A stretch of DNA of 64,000 nucleotides from Lama guanicoe (taxonomy: Eukaryota), in NCBI GenBank assembly GCA_013239625.1, contig MU053652.1, positions 6,191,902-6,255,901 on the forward strand, in the 5' to 3' direction. The translations under genes were made by a program, and so were the position numbers. The notes under the pieces are model-generated. The model searched no databases, was not told where the DNA came from, and was given only the letters and a program-made list of their open reading frames with translations. Below, piece by piece: positions 1 through 12,379 of this stretch (position 1 is its first letter; each line of letters begins with the position of its first letter).

Positions 1-1399
1 AACTTGGGGATTGTTCATTAGTATCTAGGCTCAGCCCAAAGCACTGGGTTATAGCCTCTGGGGTTTGCTGTGTCCAACTGCCAGGAGTTTTATCAGTTTG
101 TATTGTTGCGTGATGGGTTACTTGACATTTGTACCACCCACAAGGCAACACCAGAGTTTCTCCATAAACCTCTCTATCTTTAAAATGATTGTTTAAATCA
201 CTTCTAGTAATTAATAAGATTTTGAAGTCCATTGGCCGAAGCCCTTCTGCAAAGCAGAAGAAAATCTGTGAGTGCAGGTGCCCCTTTGGAAGACACACAG
301 ATGAGGGAATAGACAACAGATTAGACAGAAACAGAGGAAGTGTAGCTTTCTCACTGATCAGAATGTGTACAAAGCAGCCAAAAGGAACCTGGCTGATCAT
401 GGCAAAGGGGAGATTAAACCATCCGGGCCAAGGCAGAAATATTCAGGAATAAATAATCTGTTTCTTATCTCACGGCACAAACCTGTTTGGGGTGTTAGGT
501 TTCATCTAAGCTACCTTAGTTACTGAGGGGTTGAAAACTTACCAGGTTGGCTATCAGAGCCTACGGAGTTCTGTGTGCAGGGAGCTGCTTGAAAGTAAAA
601 GCCTGACCTTTCTCCTGGAATGATACAATCACCTCCCTCCTCACTCTTCCTAGGGTCTTTAATGATTCCAAGCCATGACCTACATTCAGTTGACCTGGAG
701 GTGCACACACGATCTGGTCAGAGAATGAAGAGGGAGCTGAAAAGATGTCACGTTAGCATGCTCCGTTGTGCCGTCTCCTCCCTGGTTTATCCGGAGAGCA
801 TTTAAATCTGCTTCAACGTATCTGACTGCCTCGGGTTCAAAATGTCCAGGGGCTGTGGAGGCAGAGGAAGTGACAGGCTATAAGTGGACATAATAGAAAA
901 GACACTCCTCTTCCCCCAAGTACTAATATTTTGGAGGGACAGAGGGCAGAAGGTGGGGCATAAAAGAAGGTTGGAACAAAAGAGGGTAACATTAGCATAT
1001 CCAGTACCATTGTCAGCATCTCTCAGTGGATTTATGTTGACTATAAGGCGTTTACACGGTTCCCTCCTGCGTTCTATAGGAGGTAACTTTGATACAGAGA
1101 GCTGGTGTGCTATTCCAGGCCAGTAGCATAGACAGTGACTATGGCCTTGACATCAGCAAGTAAGAGTTGACTTTTGAGCAAAATTTTATTCTCTGAAGGA
1201 AGATTACAAAATCCTCTTCCTTGACATCATATAGTTAGAGCAAGGCTATCAACTCGTCACCAGACTGCTTTGGGCAATAGGCCCCTTTCTTGTTCTGTGT
1301 ACCTGGAAGGATGCTTTGTTGGCATCCTCTTAGATTCAGAGTGGGAGGGCACATAGTCTTTGTTGAGCTACTATTATTTTGTGCCTTTGAAACATTTTA

Positions 1400-1490
1400 T
1401 AAAGATGTCATTCCATCTATAACCCTTCTATGAGAAAAGTATTATTTTCCCCATTTCATTGGTAGGAAATTAAAGGTCAGAGAGGAAAAT
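1400..1490 (-). mobile_element. MIR SINE fragment
   Basis: tattattttccccatttcattggtaggaaattaaaggtcagagagg resembles the reverse MIR core. Confidence 0.55.
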
Positions 1491-4019
1491 AAGATCTCAC
1501 ATCTGCTCAGTTGCTGGAAAAGTTTTATTAGAGTTTAGATTGTCATCTGGTGGGTCGACTTGGGACTTTTAGCACAAGGCAACTCTAGAGTTTCTCTGTA
1601 AACTTCTTTACCTTAAAAAAAATTGTAAGTGGTGGTGCTGGAATTTATGCTCAGTTCTGCTTAAACATGTTCCTTCCTTCCATGGCTCAAGTAATTAGAA
1701 TATTCAACAGGTATACAAGAAAATCCATGAGTTTTTTGGAATCAAGTGCTCATTTTCAATCTTTTAATGTAATCTTTCTATTTCTTCTTAAGTATGGGAG
1801 GTCTTGAGAACCCTATACTGCAGGATGCTAAGAGGTTAGTTTCTCTAGAATGACAGGTGGCATTTTATTTCTTTGCTTATTTTGCTTTTCTTGCTTTCAT
1901 GGAGGTTATAGTACATATGACATTTTCATTTCATTAATACTCAAAGATGAAGTTTAAAAACTGAGTCTATTCACAGCCCAAGGCCTTGTAACAAATACTT
2001 GGTCACCGTAAGGTTTTGGATCTTAGGGTATAATTTTTGTAGAGATGCTTTTCATGTATCAAACTCACATTAAAACGTTTTGGGAGTTGCTTTAGGAGAG
2101 AGCAAATAGTAAGATCGGCATTATGGTGTAATTTGCAGGCGTGGTGTCTAATGGAGAGCTTGGAACACTAAGCATAGTACTGTCTGATCCCAATGTCTGT
2201 GTTTATTGCATCTTCTTTGGAGTTGGTTTGCTGAAAGCATAGACTGCAGTAATACATTTAATGTGGAAGCTAGCATTCCAGAATCTTCTTCATGCTTCAC
2301 ATTTAGCAAAATCAAATGTACTATATATTACAGAAATTATTTTGAGTAAGGGTAGAAAATTATATTTCTGGTAGCAGATAAAATTTGTAAGATTTTGAAG
2401 TAGGAAGGTATTTATGAATTATTGTCGATATTATTTGGAGCAGCATGATACGTTTTGGCAAGACCAACAGATTAAGACATAGAAAAAGAAGCCAGCTCAT
2501 CAGTGTGGGTGTTCCCATCACTTTGTGGCTGTTTGACGTCTGGAGGGTTTTTGTCTGGTTTTTGTTTGCTTTTAAGTTAAATGGACTTGGCAGGGTCTGA
2601 CGGGGACGAAGCTGATAGTTACCTATGTGAGTGGCTTTGGAATATTTACGTGTGTGGTTTGCATTTGGCTCTGTCCTTTCCTTATCTTCGTGCTCTTTCT
2701 CTGCAGCCTATTTCCCGCGTGGCCTTTCTGCAGCAATGCTAGCTGGAGAAGGAGCAGGAATTCCAAGAGGATTAACCAACACATGAGAAGCTTATGAGTG
2801 TTCATAATAATGAGTTACTTAAACTGGGTGGCAAAGCTTAGGGAGGTTTATGTGGTTTAAAGGCACATATTCACATTTTATCAGGACCTTCTTAATTGTA
2901 GCAGATCTTTAATTCTCTCTAATTTAACACAGGTTTTCACTCATTGGCAGGTAGCATGAGAGGCCATGACATGTAGCAATGCATCGCTTTGCTGAGGGAT
3001 GTACTTGAATCATGTCTCTGTTGAGGCTGGGAGGCATGAGCCCAACTTAGAATCTGGATTCATAACTCATCATTTTGAATTTCTTACTTAAAACGTCATC
3101 AACTCTGATGTCCATTTGACAGAGTGGAAAGTTATGGAAAGCATATTCTGTGTGATTTGTGTAAATCACGGAGCTCTTGAAGAGTTTCAAAGATTTAAAA
3201 ATAATGAGCAACGTCTGAGTAATTATTGTATCTAGAATCTTGTATAATTTCTAAAAAAAATATAAGTTACAGACTTTAAGGAACTTTATACCCATACTTT
3301 CATACTTCATATGAATTATTACAAATTTCATGTAAATGATTATAGTCACATAGTTACACATTAGCAAGTGCTCCACTGTATTTATTTTTCTATGCATTAG
3401 TTCTTTGAAGTAAAATTGAAATGTTATCATTAAGGTAAGATTTATCATGGAGGACTTCTTGGAGGAGGTAAATTTTAAAACAAACCAATCCTAAATGTCA
3501 CCTTGTTGAAGGGTAGTCCTGTACTCATGATAGGGTCTTAAGCAAAGGACAGCCTTAGTGGTAGATGAATTGAACAGTAAGCTTGGTAATCTACATGACA
3601 TGATTTTTCACACGGTCTCTTTCTCTTTACTGGTGCCTGAAGTTCTCTTCATGGTTTGGACAGTTATTTACCTGAAGGCTTTGTCATCTGTTAAAAGGAA
3701 TATTCTCCCCTAGGAAAAGGCAACCATAAGGCTCATTCAGGTATTTACCCTTGGAGGTAAATATATTTCAATCCTTTATTAAAATGGATGCAATCGGTTT
3801 GGGAGATTGCCAGATACAATTTGGCAACTTCATATTTTCAGAGATATCATTAGAGTGAACAGGTATTAAAGAAGATCATAGATAAGATAAAGGAGATAGA
3901 TCTCTTAATAATCTTAAAACATGGTTTCTTTATAGCCTCAGTATTTGAAGTTATTTAGGAGAAATTATATTTTGAGCTTGGTATATGAAAAATATAAATA
4001 GATCAAATATTTTTATTTT

Positions 4020-4467
4020 TAAAGATGTGATATATAACTACAATGGAATATTATTTGACTCTTAAAAAGAGAAGGAAATCCTGCCATTTGTGACAACATG
4101 GATGAACCTCAAGGAAGTTATGCTAAGGGAAATTAGCCAGATACAGAAAGACAAATACTGCATGATCTTGCTTATATGTGGAATCTAGAACAGTCAGACT
4201 TAGAAGCAGAGTGAAGAACAATGGTTACCAGAGACAGAGGGAAGGGAAAATGGGGAGGTATTAGTTAAAAGGTACAAACTTTTAGTTATACAAGAGGACT
4301 ATGTTCTGGAGATCTAATATACAGTATAGTGACCACAGTTAACAAAACTGTATTGTGTACTCGAACTTTTCTAAGAGGGGAGCACTTGAGTACCACCAAA
4401 AAAATAAAAAGAAAGGATGAAAGAAAGAAAATGGTAACTATGTGAGGTGATGGAATGTTAATTAACT
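4020..4467 (+). mobile_element. L1 3' end (L1MA/L1MB-like)
   Basis: caatggaatatta...gaaggaaatcctgccatttgtgacaacatggatgaacct...cagaaagacaaatactgcatgat...ggtaactatgtgaggtgatgga is typical of L1 ORF2 end and 3' UTR. Confidence 0.9.
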
Positions 4468-5049
4468 ATTTTAAAAATATGAAATGATATTTTTAATATG
4501 GGAATAAATGTTTTACAGCTTAATGTAAAATCCCCATTCATTTTTGTAAATATTAAGACTTCAGAGAGATTTCCTGCTGAGAGTCCCTGAGCTTATGCCC
4601 AAGAGCCCAAGGTTCCTCCTTCATTCTCTCCTGCTGCCGAGGATACTGGGGTAACAAAATTCAAGATGGTCTCTTCTGTTTATGTCCAAAACCACAGATG
4701 TGGCAAGGTCTCATAGGATCACAGTCCCATGGGTTGTATTTAGAGGAAACAAAATATCTGGTGGAAATAGATGTTCCCGAAATCCTGTAAAAATGACAGA
4801 ACTTCAGAGGTTGAGGTTGAGCCTCTCTCAGTTTGGTGAAGCCCTAAGCAGAGGTCCAAAGTCAGCAGAGAAGGGTAGAATTCAGGATTGATGCTATTCT
4901 TTACGCTTACTGTCACTAAGGTGAATCTGGTCCCGTGGGCACAGAGACCAGCTAATCAGCCCACATTTCCACAGACACTACCTGAAATCATGACAAGATA
5001 AACTCCATCTGGTTTTCTCTCATCCCTAGCCGCTGGCAGTCCTGCAAGT

Positions 5050-5165
5050 TGCCGTGGTCATTTCATAATATATGCTTATCCAAACATCAAGTTGTACACC
5101 TTAAATATTTACAATTTTTATTTTTTGAATATACCTCAATAACCTTGGGGAAGAAAAAAAAAGAT
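5050..5165 (+). mobile_element. L1 extreme 3' tail with A-rich end
   Basis: catcaagttgtacaccttaaatatttacaatttttatt...tatacctcaataa followed by an A tract. Confidence 0.8.
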
Positions 5166-6101
5166 TAAAATACTATCATGTTTGTTTTAAAATACTGTCC
5201 TGTTTGTTTTCATACCATAATGAAAAAGCCAAAAGCGGTGATTTTAGGTTTGGCTTTTTCAGCTCATTAACCTCTTGATTATAGGAGGAAAAATCTTCCA
5301 GAGGGACCTCTCTTTGTAAGTACCAGAGCAGTCAATTTCAGTGGAATAAGGATAAGGAATGAGCACAGGGGGAGGATTTTCAGAATGCAGATGTCAGGAC
5401 CCTGTCTCCAAAGAGCACATTTCCAACCTGGAAGGAGGAAGTCGTACACGTTTTCTAAAAACACTCACGTTTATTTTGATCTGATGCAAAATCATTGAGA
5501 AACCCTCCGGAATTGTCCTTTAGGGGGGCTGTTTAAAAAAGATCAAGCCCTTTTCCTTATGACATGCTTGTGATCTATCAGGTTTGGAAGCTGGAATTAA
5601 GTAATTAGGTGAAGATGCAAACACTGGCATTATTCAAGCAATAGTGTACAATAGTGATGTTCTGGACTATTTCATTACCACTCTATTTCCATGATAAGTA
5701 ATTTACCTTCTAGGTGAAGTTTATTGCAAAGAATAACAGTTGACCCTGTGATAGCTCCCTGAAGAAGGGCTGTATCACATAAATTGTTAGTCTTTTGCTA
5801 GACTGGTTTTGCTCCTTTCGTTATATATGCTTAATTAAATCTAAAACGGAACCTAAGCTCCATCAGACTACTTGTTTGTTTGTTTTAAGGAATTGGGCTT
5901 CATAAACAATACAACTTCACCCACATTTGCAGGTGAGGATAAAGGAATGCTTGACTATAATTAAGGGCAATTTCAACAAGTACCTTCTAATGCACCTTTA
6001 GCAGAACAGCTGGAATAATTTCAGAAAATGGTTGTGTTATTTGCTTTACCTTAGATCAGACTTACCAACATTGATTATTTTTTTTTCTTTTCCTCCCTCA
6101 G

Positions 6102-6348
6102 ATGTACATCCAGACAACAACACTTACTGTCTCCATGAGTTTAAGTGCTTCGGTGTCTCTGGGCATGCTCTACATGCCCAAGGTTTATATTATAATTTTT
6201 CATCCAGAGCAGAACGTTCAGAAACGCAAAAGGAGCTTCAAGGCTGTGGTGACAGCTGCCACCATGCAAAGCAAACTGACCCAAAAAGGAAATGACAGAC
6301 CAAATGGCGAGGTGAAAAGTGAACTCTGTGAGAGTCTTGAAACCAACA
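6102..6348 (+). CDS. GRM8: GRM8 penultimate coding exon, mGluR8a form (TM7 and proximal cytoplasmic tail)
   Basis: Translates [82 protein letters not shown], recognisable as mGluR8. A polypyrimidine tract and CAG acceptor end at 6101, and a GTAAGT donor lies at 6349-6354. The exon is 247 bp (82 codons + 1 nt). The initial ATG is an internal Met, not a start codon. Confidence 0.98.
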
Positions 6349-6398
6349 GTAAGTCATCCGTAGACTTTCCGATGGTCAAGAGCGGGAGCACTTCCTGA
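6102..6398 (+). CDS. GRM8: GRM8 mGluR8b form: exon extended to a downstream donor, C-terminus [16 protein letters not shown]
   Basis: Reading through the first donor gives the known mGluR8b-type 16-aa tail with TGA at 6396-6398. A second donor AT|GTACGT at 6404 lies 55 nt downstream of the first. Confidence 0.93.
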   Translation: MYIQTTTLTVSMSLSASVSLGMLYMPKVYIIIFHPEQNVQKRKRSFKAVVTAATMQSKLTQKGNDRPNGEVKSELCESLETNSKSSVDFPMVKSGSTS

Positions 6399-9300
6399 CA
6401 GATGTACGTTGAACGTCCTTCTAATTAGTCTTGGGGACTGTGCTTCCTGGTTCCAGGGGCATAGTGGTACTCGTACACCGTGAAACCATTGCAGCAGTCA
6501 GAACCACGCTCCTCTCCATAACTTAAACACAAAATCTCTTTCACACAATGTGACACTAGGGTCTCTCTTCTGAGGCATTACACATCTTGAAGCTTACGAC
6601 TATGCTCCATTTATAAAATTATCCTTCAGCACTTAGGAACTATTCTCCAGTTTTTGTTCGTTCAGTATTCCTCACTCTTCGCTAGACTTAATCGTTAACT
6701 AGTATTTTGGGAGCATGCTATGGAAGATCTTACACAAATAAACAACATGTTATTTAGGTATTTAGGGAAATGAGAAAACTAGTTAGCCAACATGTTAGGT
6801 TAAGTCATAGATCATATTTGTTTTCCCCAAGTGGCCCCCTTCTTTGCCTTCCCTTGACTTCCTTCTTGAATATATTACAGTAATTAGAGCTCTTCTCTGA
6901 AAGCCTCATGACCCTGAAAATAGGACCCTTTCCACAGCTACCACTCCACTTTTCCTTTCCTCACCTATCTTGCTTTTTCTATGATCATCCTTGAAAAAGC
7001 ACATGATAATGATACACTGGTACCAAACTAATCCAGTAGAGTTTAACTGAGCTATTCAAGTCCAGCTTGGTATCAATGGCAGAATAGTAAATAGACTGAG
7101 GCTATGTATTGCAAAATACCAGAAAGCTGAATACAGTGAAAAAACATATATCAAAGTTCTGTGGATGGTTCAAAAAGAAATAAAAGCTAAGGTCTTTGCA
7201 TTAGAGTGGCTTCCTGTCTTTGGGGAATACAACATAGATATTTAATAATTAAGGATAAAACCCTTTGCAAAAATGTGCTCTTCCTCTCACATTCCTCCAG
7301 CAGGCTGTATCCCCTATTCTCTGTACTTTTGACCCAAAATACAGGGAACATTGAGCTGATTTTCTCTGATTTAATTATCATAGTAACTTATAGTCTTCAC
7401 TAGAGTCACAAACCTTCCCTTATATCAAGATTTCCAAATGAACATTATCTATGCTAATGCCACATATGTTGGACCATCCTTAGAAGATAAATATTGATTA
7501 ATTAAATTTATTGGCTTCAATTACTATCAGCCTTTTTGGAATTACTGGCCAGATCCTCTAGGAAGATGACCTTCAACTTATGACTATCAAATTTAGTCAC
7601 TTGTAGACAAAGAACCCTTTTACGAATTTCACAAACACTCCCCACATATTCAGCCTTATGCAAGCATGAAACCTTGAGAAGGTGCAAGAGAAGGTAGAAT
7701 AAGGATGGGTTTTGGTATCAAATCATTGTAATCCTCTCTGATTATAGGTAAGCAGTTTACTAATAGTGGGCCTATTTGAGCTTTTACCAAAAGATGTTAC
7801 TTTAACTACTCTCAAAGACATCGGAGTAGATTGCTGGTGATTTCAGGGCAGAATTTTATCTGTGTTTTTCTGCCTTGAAAGCATCAGTGCAGTTAAAACC
7901 CACTGTAGGATGCCAATGAACTGGCCAATGATACGCTTTGAATACTGGCACTTCTCAATATGACTCATCAGATACACCTGTTTACCAGCAGCAACCCAGA
8001 AAACTTATATAATATGGTTGTAAATAGAAACAACCAAACAGACAGTAAAATAAATACCTGTAAATCCCAGAGTCACCTCTGGAATGTGGTAAGGACACAT
8101 ATTAATTAGCTTTTCCCGCTCCTTTACAAAATAAATTGGTTCCCTGAGGGAAAATTTCCAGTATTGATAAAGATCAATCCCAGGTTAATCTCACATAGTT
8201 TATTTTCCTTCTATTATTTTCTGCTGATGTTGAGATGGAAATTATGTAGCATGTGTGCATTTCCCTATTTTCTCTGCAATAAGAATGAAAGGTTACAAAT
8301 GGGGGGCCTGTATGCAGGTTAAGCCAGTAAATTCTGGAGGAGACAGATGCTCACCTTTGGAAGGTAAAAGAAAGTTAAAAAGGTGAACCAAGATGAAGTC
8401 AATCACTACCTGAAAGAGGGTTAAATCGCACTTTGGAGATTTCAGTGTAGTGTTCATCTTTTCCAGGAGTGGTTTGGGTTGAATAAAATAGGCCTGATAA
8501 AGTGATTGTACTTTACACATTCAAGAGGGACAGTGTATGAAATCTTCACATATTCTTCTGCAATTCCGTGCCAGGTAACCACTGTCCACCTTTGCTCATT
8601 TACACGATGAGCTGTCATGGATTCCTTGTGTCTCTGTTCACTCTACAACAGGTACTAACGGTTTGAATTGAGTCAAAACTCTTTCTAAAATCACATACTC
8701 TCTAAAAGTTCCAATTACTTGAGTAACTTAAATGCAATATTTTTCTTTTAGAAATGTGCCTTCTGTCTTTAGGAGCATAATAGAATCTTGGAAGAGCTTT
8801 TGCCATTCAACTCTCTGTAATTGGTACCTTGCCTCCACAGACTCCAGATAGCTCCTCCTCTCAAAATGGGTGGAGCCTATTCTCGCAAATCCAGGGCTGG
8901 TTTATCCACTGGAACAGTATCCACGTTGCTACATTCTTATACGTTCTGCTACCAGACTTTCGATAAACCACCATTACTACAATGGAGTGACATAGATGAC
9001 AGTGTTTGTCAACTGTAAATCACTGAATGAAGGTCAAAGTTCCATTGCTGCTATGAAAACATAGATTGGTCTGTGGTCAATAGAAAAGAGAAGACTTAAA
9101 ATTCATAAACTATTGTTTTAGCATCCCATTTTTTCCCCCATACGTTAAGGATTTTGATAATTACGGCTACTATTCTACAGTTAGGTTTTTTTTTTCTGAC
9201 CAATTAAGTGTGTATTTATAATATACATGCAGTGTTTTTCCTTTATAGACATGGTACCTTACAGGTCCATTAAACTAGAAATTTCCTCTTCAAGATGGCT

Positions 9301-12300
9301 TATTAATGCCAGACATTCTGATCTCATATTTAAGCTTTTAAAGGTTCTAAATCTACACGGAATAAATATAAGCAATGTGAAGCTGGAAGGGAGACCAAAT
9401 GAATCCATGTTAATGACTGAATTTGCAGAATACTACATTTTACACATAAAAGGTCAAATGTTGTATCATAAAAGTGTGGAAAGAGAGTTAGAAACAAAGT
9501 TGATACGTATGAATTTTACCAACTGTACCCAATTAACAAATGCTGTGACATGGTATTCCTTAGGCTATGTCCGTGAATAATTCATGAAAGCAGCTGCTGC
9601 TGGAGGTAGATCGGCTTTCTCTAGCTTATGAACACAGTGTGGGGTGCGCAGGAAATTCACTGCTGCTGTGTTCAAAATTGATCTTCATGTAAGCCTGTTC
9701 ATCACCAGATGCTCAGATGTACGTCTCTGATCCGTTTTGCTCTTAATACTTCTGGGATAAAAGTAAAATTATCACCGTTGTCACGAAAATATACAGACAT
9801 AGCTTGCTTTATTGTGCTTCACGCTATTGCTTTTCGCAGGTACTGCATTTTGTCACAAAATGAGCGTTTGTGGCAACCCTGGGTTCTCAGATGCTGCTTA
9901 GCACTTTTTAGCAATAATGTATTTTTGTCTAAGGTACGCACACTGTATTTTTAGACATAATGCGATTACACACTTAATAGACCACAGGATAGTGGAAACA
10001 TAACTTTTATACGCACTGGAAAGCCAAAAAAGTTCACGTGACTCACTTTATTACGATATTCACTTTATTGCTGTGGTTTGAAATCGAACCGGCAGTATCT
10101 TTGAGATACGCCTGTAGATTGGCCTGTGGTTAATAGAAAAGAGAAAACATGAAATTCAAAAATGCTATTGTTTTAGCATCCTTCTTTCTTTCCTCTTGCA
10201 AGGAAAAAGGTAAGATTCTCGAAAGCTATCTGCCATTCACAGTTTGCCCCTTACCATTGTTTTAAAGTTGACTAAATCATCAGTTTCCAAAGCCTTGAGT
10301 CCCTTTTCTATTAGTAAAATGAAGATTACGTTCCTTTTGTAAATCATAGTCTCAGTTCTTAATAGAATTCTACCATCTTTTTCCCTGGAGGTCACTTCCA
10401 GGAGTTCAAAAAGTGAAGTATGAATTTTCTTCACTAATTTCTAATTAGCTTTAGAGTCTTCAAGTTGGTATGATCCTTGAAGATTAACATCTGAATATCA
10501 TCTTCTTCAGGGTCTTTTGTCTCTTGTTCCTGTTTCAACCATAATTTTTCTTTCTAGTTATCGACAAATTTGATAACTATCCCTGACATTTTTAAGTCAC
10601 TGTTAAAGATATTAAATAGGGCGTGAAGTTGAGCAATATTTTTAGGGTTTGTTTTTCTAACTCTTATGAAACTTTTTCTTCATCTCATCTCAAAGATTAT
10701 ATGAAAGTTTTTCAAAAACATGGTTGAAGTACAGATTTTATTTTCCTAGAAAAAAATTCAAGGCCTATGAGCATATTATATAAATTAGAAATAAAAATAA
10801 AATATAAAAGTAGGGATCATAAAAATCATTCTGTTTCACTTCACACAACACTGAAGGTAACAGACACCTTACCTTTTGTAAAGGTAACTAGAAAAGCATC
10901 ATTCCATATTGATTCTCCAAGACAACAGCCATTCCCCTGCCTCCATCTTCACAAAAACCCAACACTGTGGATTGTGGACCAGTGGTGAAACTGAGGCCTG
11001 ATGACCTGGTTCAGTGACCTTTCTTTCACTCATTTTGTAGAAAGAGAATGTCATTTACAACCAGGTCTAAGATCCACTTCCTTTCTACTGTGCCACACTA
11101 ATAACCTAACATGAGCAACGTAGATAAGATAAGCAGATACGTCACCTGTTTTTGGCACAAAGCTTATAATATTCAATAAAATAAAAAATAGCAAAAACAT
11201 CTACAGCTAGCACTTCCTGGGCTATCTGCAGTAGTTTTAGTGATTGTGGACTTTGTATGATCTCAGTTGCTGGTAAGAACTTGTCTGGTCAATTTTCAGT
11301 GTTTATGTACACTGAAATAAAATGAGTCTGATTGCCAATTATTTCAGAGAAGAGATTTTACAATTTTCTTATTCAATGTTCAAGAACTAAGTTATTGTCT
11401 ATAAATCTGTTTCACCCTGAATTGGATTTGTGTAGTGAAATACATACGTGTTTTGCATTTTTTGTCTTTCTTCTTATGATTATTCATTCTGAGTTTCACT
11501 GAAAAATAGGACATCACATTTTCACTTTAGAACAGAGATTTTGTTCCATCACATCTTTCAAAAACCCAAAGGGATTATTTGGATTTAGATTTGTATTTCT
11601 GGAACTTTAAGTATGAGTATAAATTTGACTTAGAACATTTTCTTATTCATATCCTTCTAATAATTTTATAATACTTAGTTTTACTTCATAGTAAGTTGGT
11701 ACCAGAACAGTTAAATATTCATTTCCTTCCTTGAGTCTTTATTTATTTTTTCAAACATCTCCATTTGTATCCTTTGCATGAAACCAGGCCACAAACATAT
11801 GTTGGCAATACACATGGGTATTTCACTGCGTTCACTTCTAGAGTCTTAGAGTATTATTTTTAGATGGAAGATACATTCATTCTCAAAGCACAACAAATTA
11901 TGACTAACTTTTTTTTTTTGTCATCAAATCAGACTCAAAGAATTGAGGTCTTTAATTTGGATTGTAAAAAAAATATTTTTTTGTATTTTATAGAATAATT
12001 TATAATCTGTTCTTTCATTTTTTAATATTGTAAATGTTTGTTAATCAAAATACACACTGAAATTGAATTTCACCTAAATTTATTAAAAAATAGGACATTC
12101 ACATTTTTAGTTTTCTGCTAAACATAGAAATGAGACTAGTGGTTTTACAGATTAAAACTTCTGCATTTTTGTTTCTACCATCGTTGAATTCCTACAGCAT
12201 GGTTTAAAGTAACATGTTGTAAAGACTATGTATCATAAAAATAGCCATTCCAAGATTTGAACTTTAAAATCATTTTAGCAAAATAATTTATTATTATGTA

Positions 12301-12329
12301 CTATAATTTGTCTTAATTTGTCTTAACAG
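6349..12329 (+). other. GRM8: GRM8 last intron (5981 bp for 8a; 6404-12329 for 8b)
   Basis: GT...AG boundaries with compatible phase between the two exons. Confidence 0.95.
9794..10114 (+). mobile_element. Tigger1-derived non-autonomous DNA transposon (TcMar-Tigger MITE)
   Basis: TA|cagacatagc...gatacgcctg|TA ends give a TA target duplication. The body has both Tigger1 termini (tttattgtgcttcacg...gtttgtggcaaccctg and ttagacataatgc...gtgactcactttatt). Confidence 0.9.
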
Positions 12330-12379
12330 CTTCCTCTACCAAGACGACATATATCAGCTACAGCAATCATTCAATCTGA
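12330..12379 (+). CDS. GRM8: GRM8 terminal exon, coding part (mGluR8a C-terminus TSSTKTTYISYSNHSI*)
   Basis: Acceptor ttaacAG ends at 12329. The phase-1 junction A|CT gives Thr, followed by SSTKTTYISYSNHSI and TGA at 12377-12379. Absent from the ORF track because it is too short. Confidence 0.97.

Larger units (their letters stand above)
1..6101 (+). other. GRM8: 3' part of the preceding GRM8 intron
   Basis: No upstream mGluR transmembrane exon is visible in the window, and the segment ends in a strong acceptor. Confidence 0.9.
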
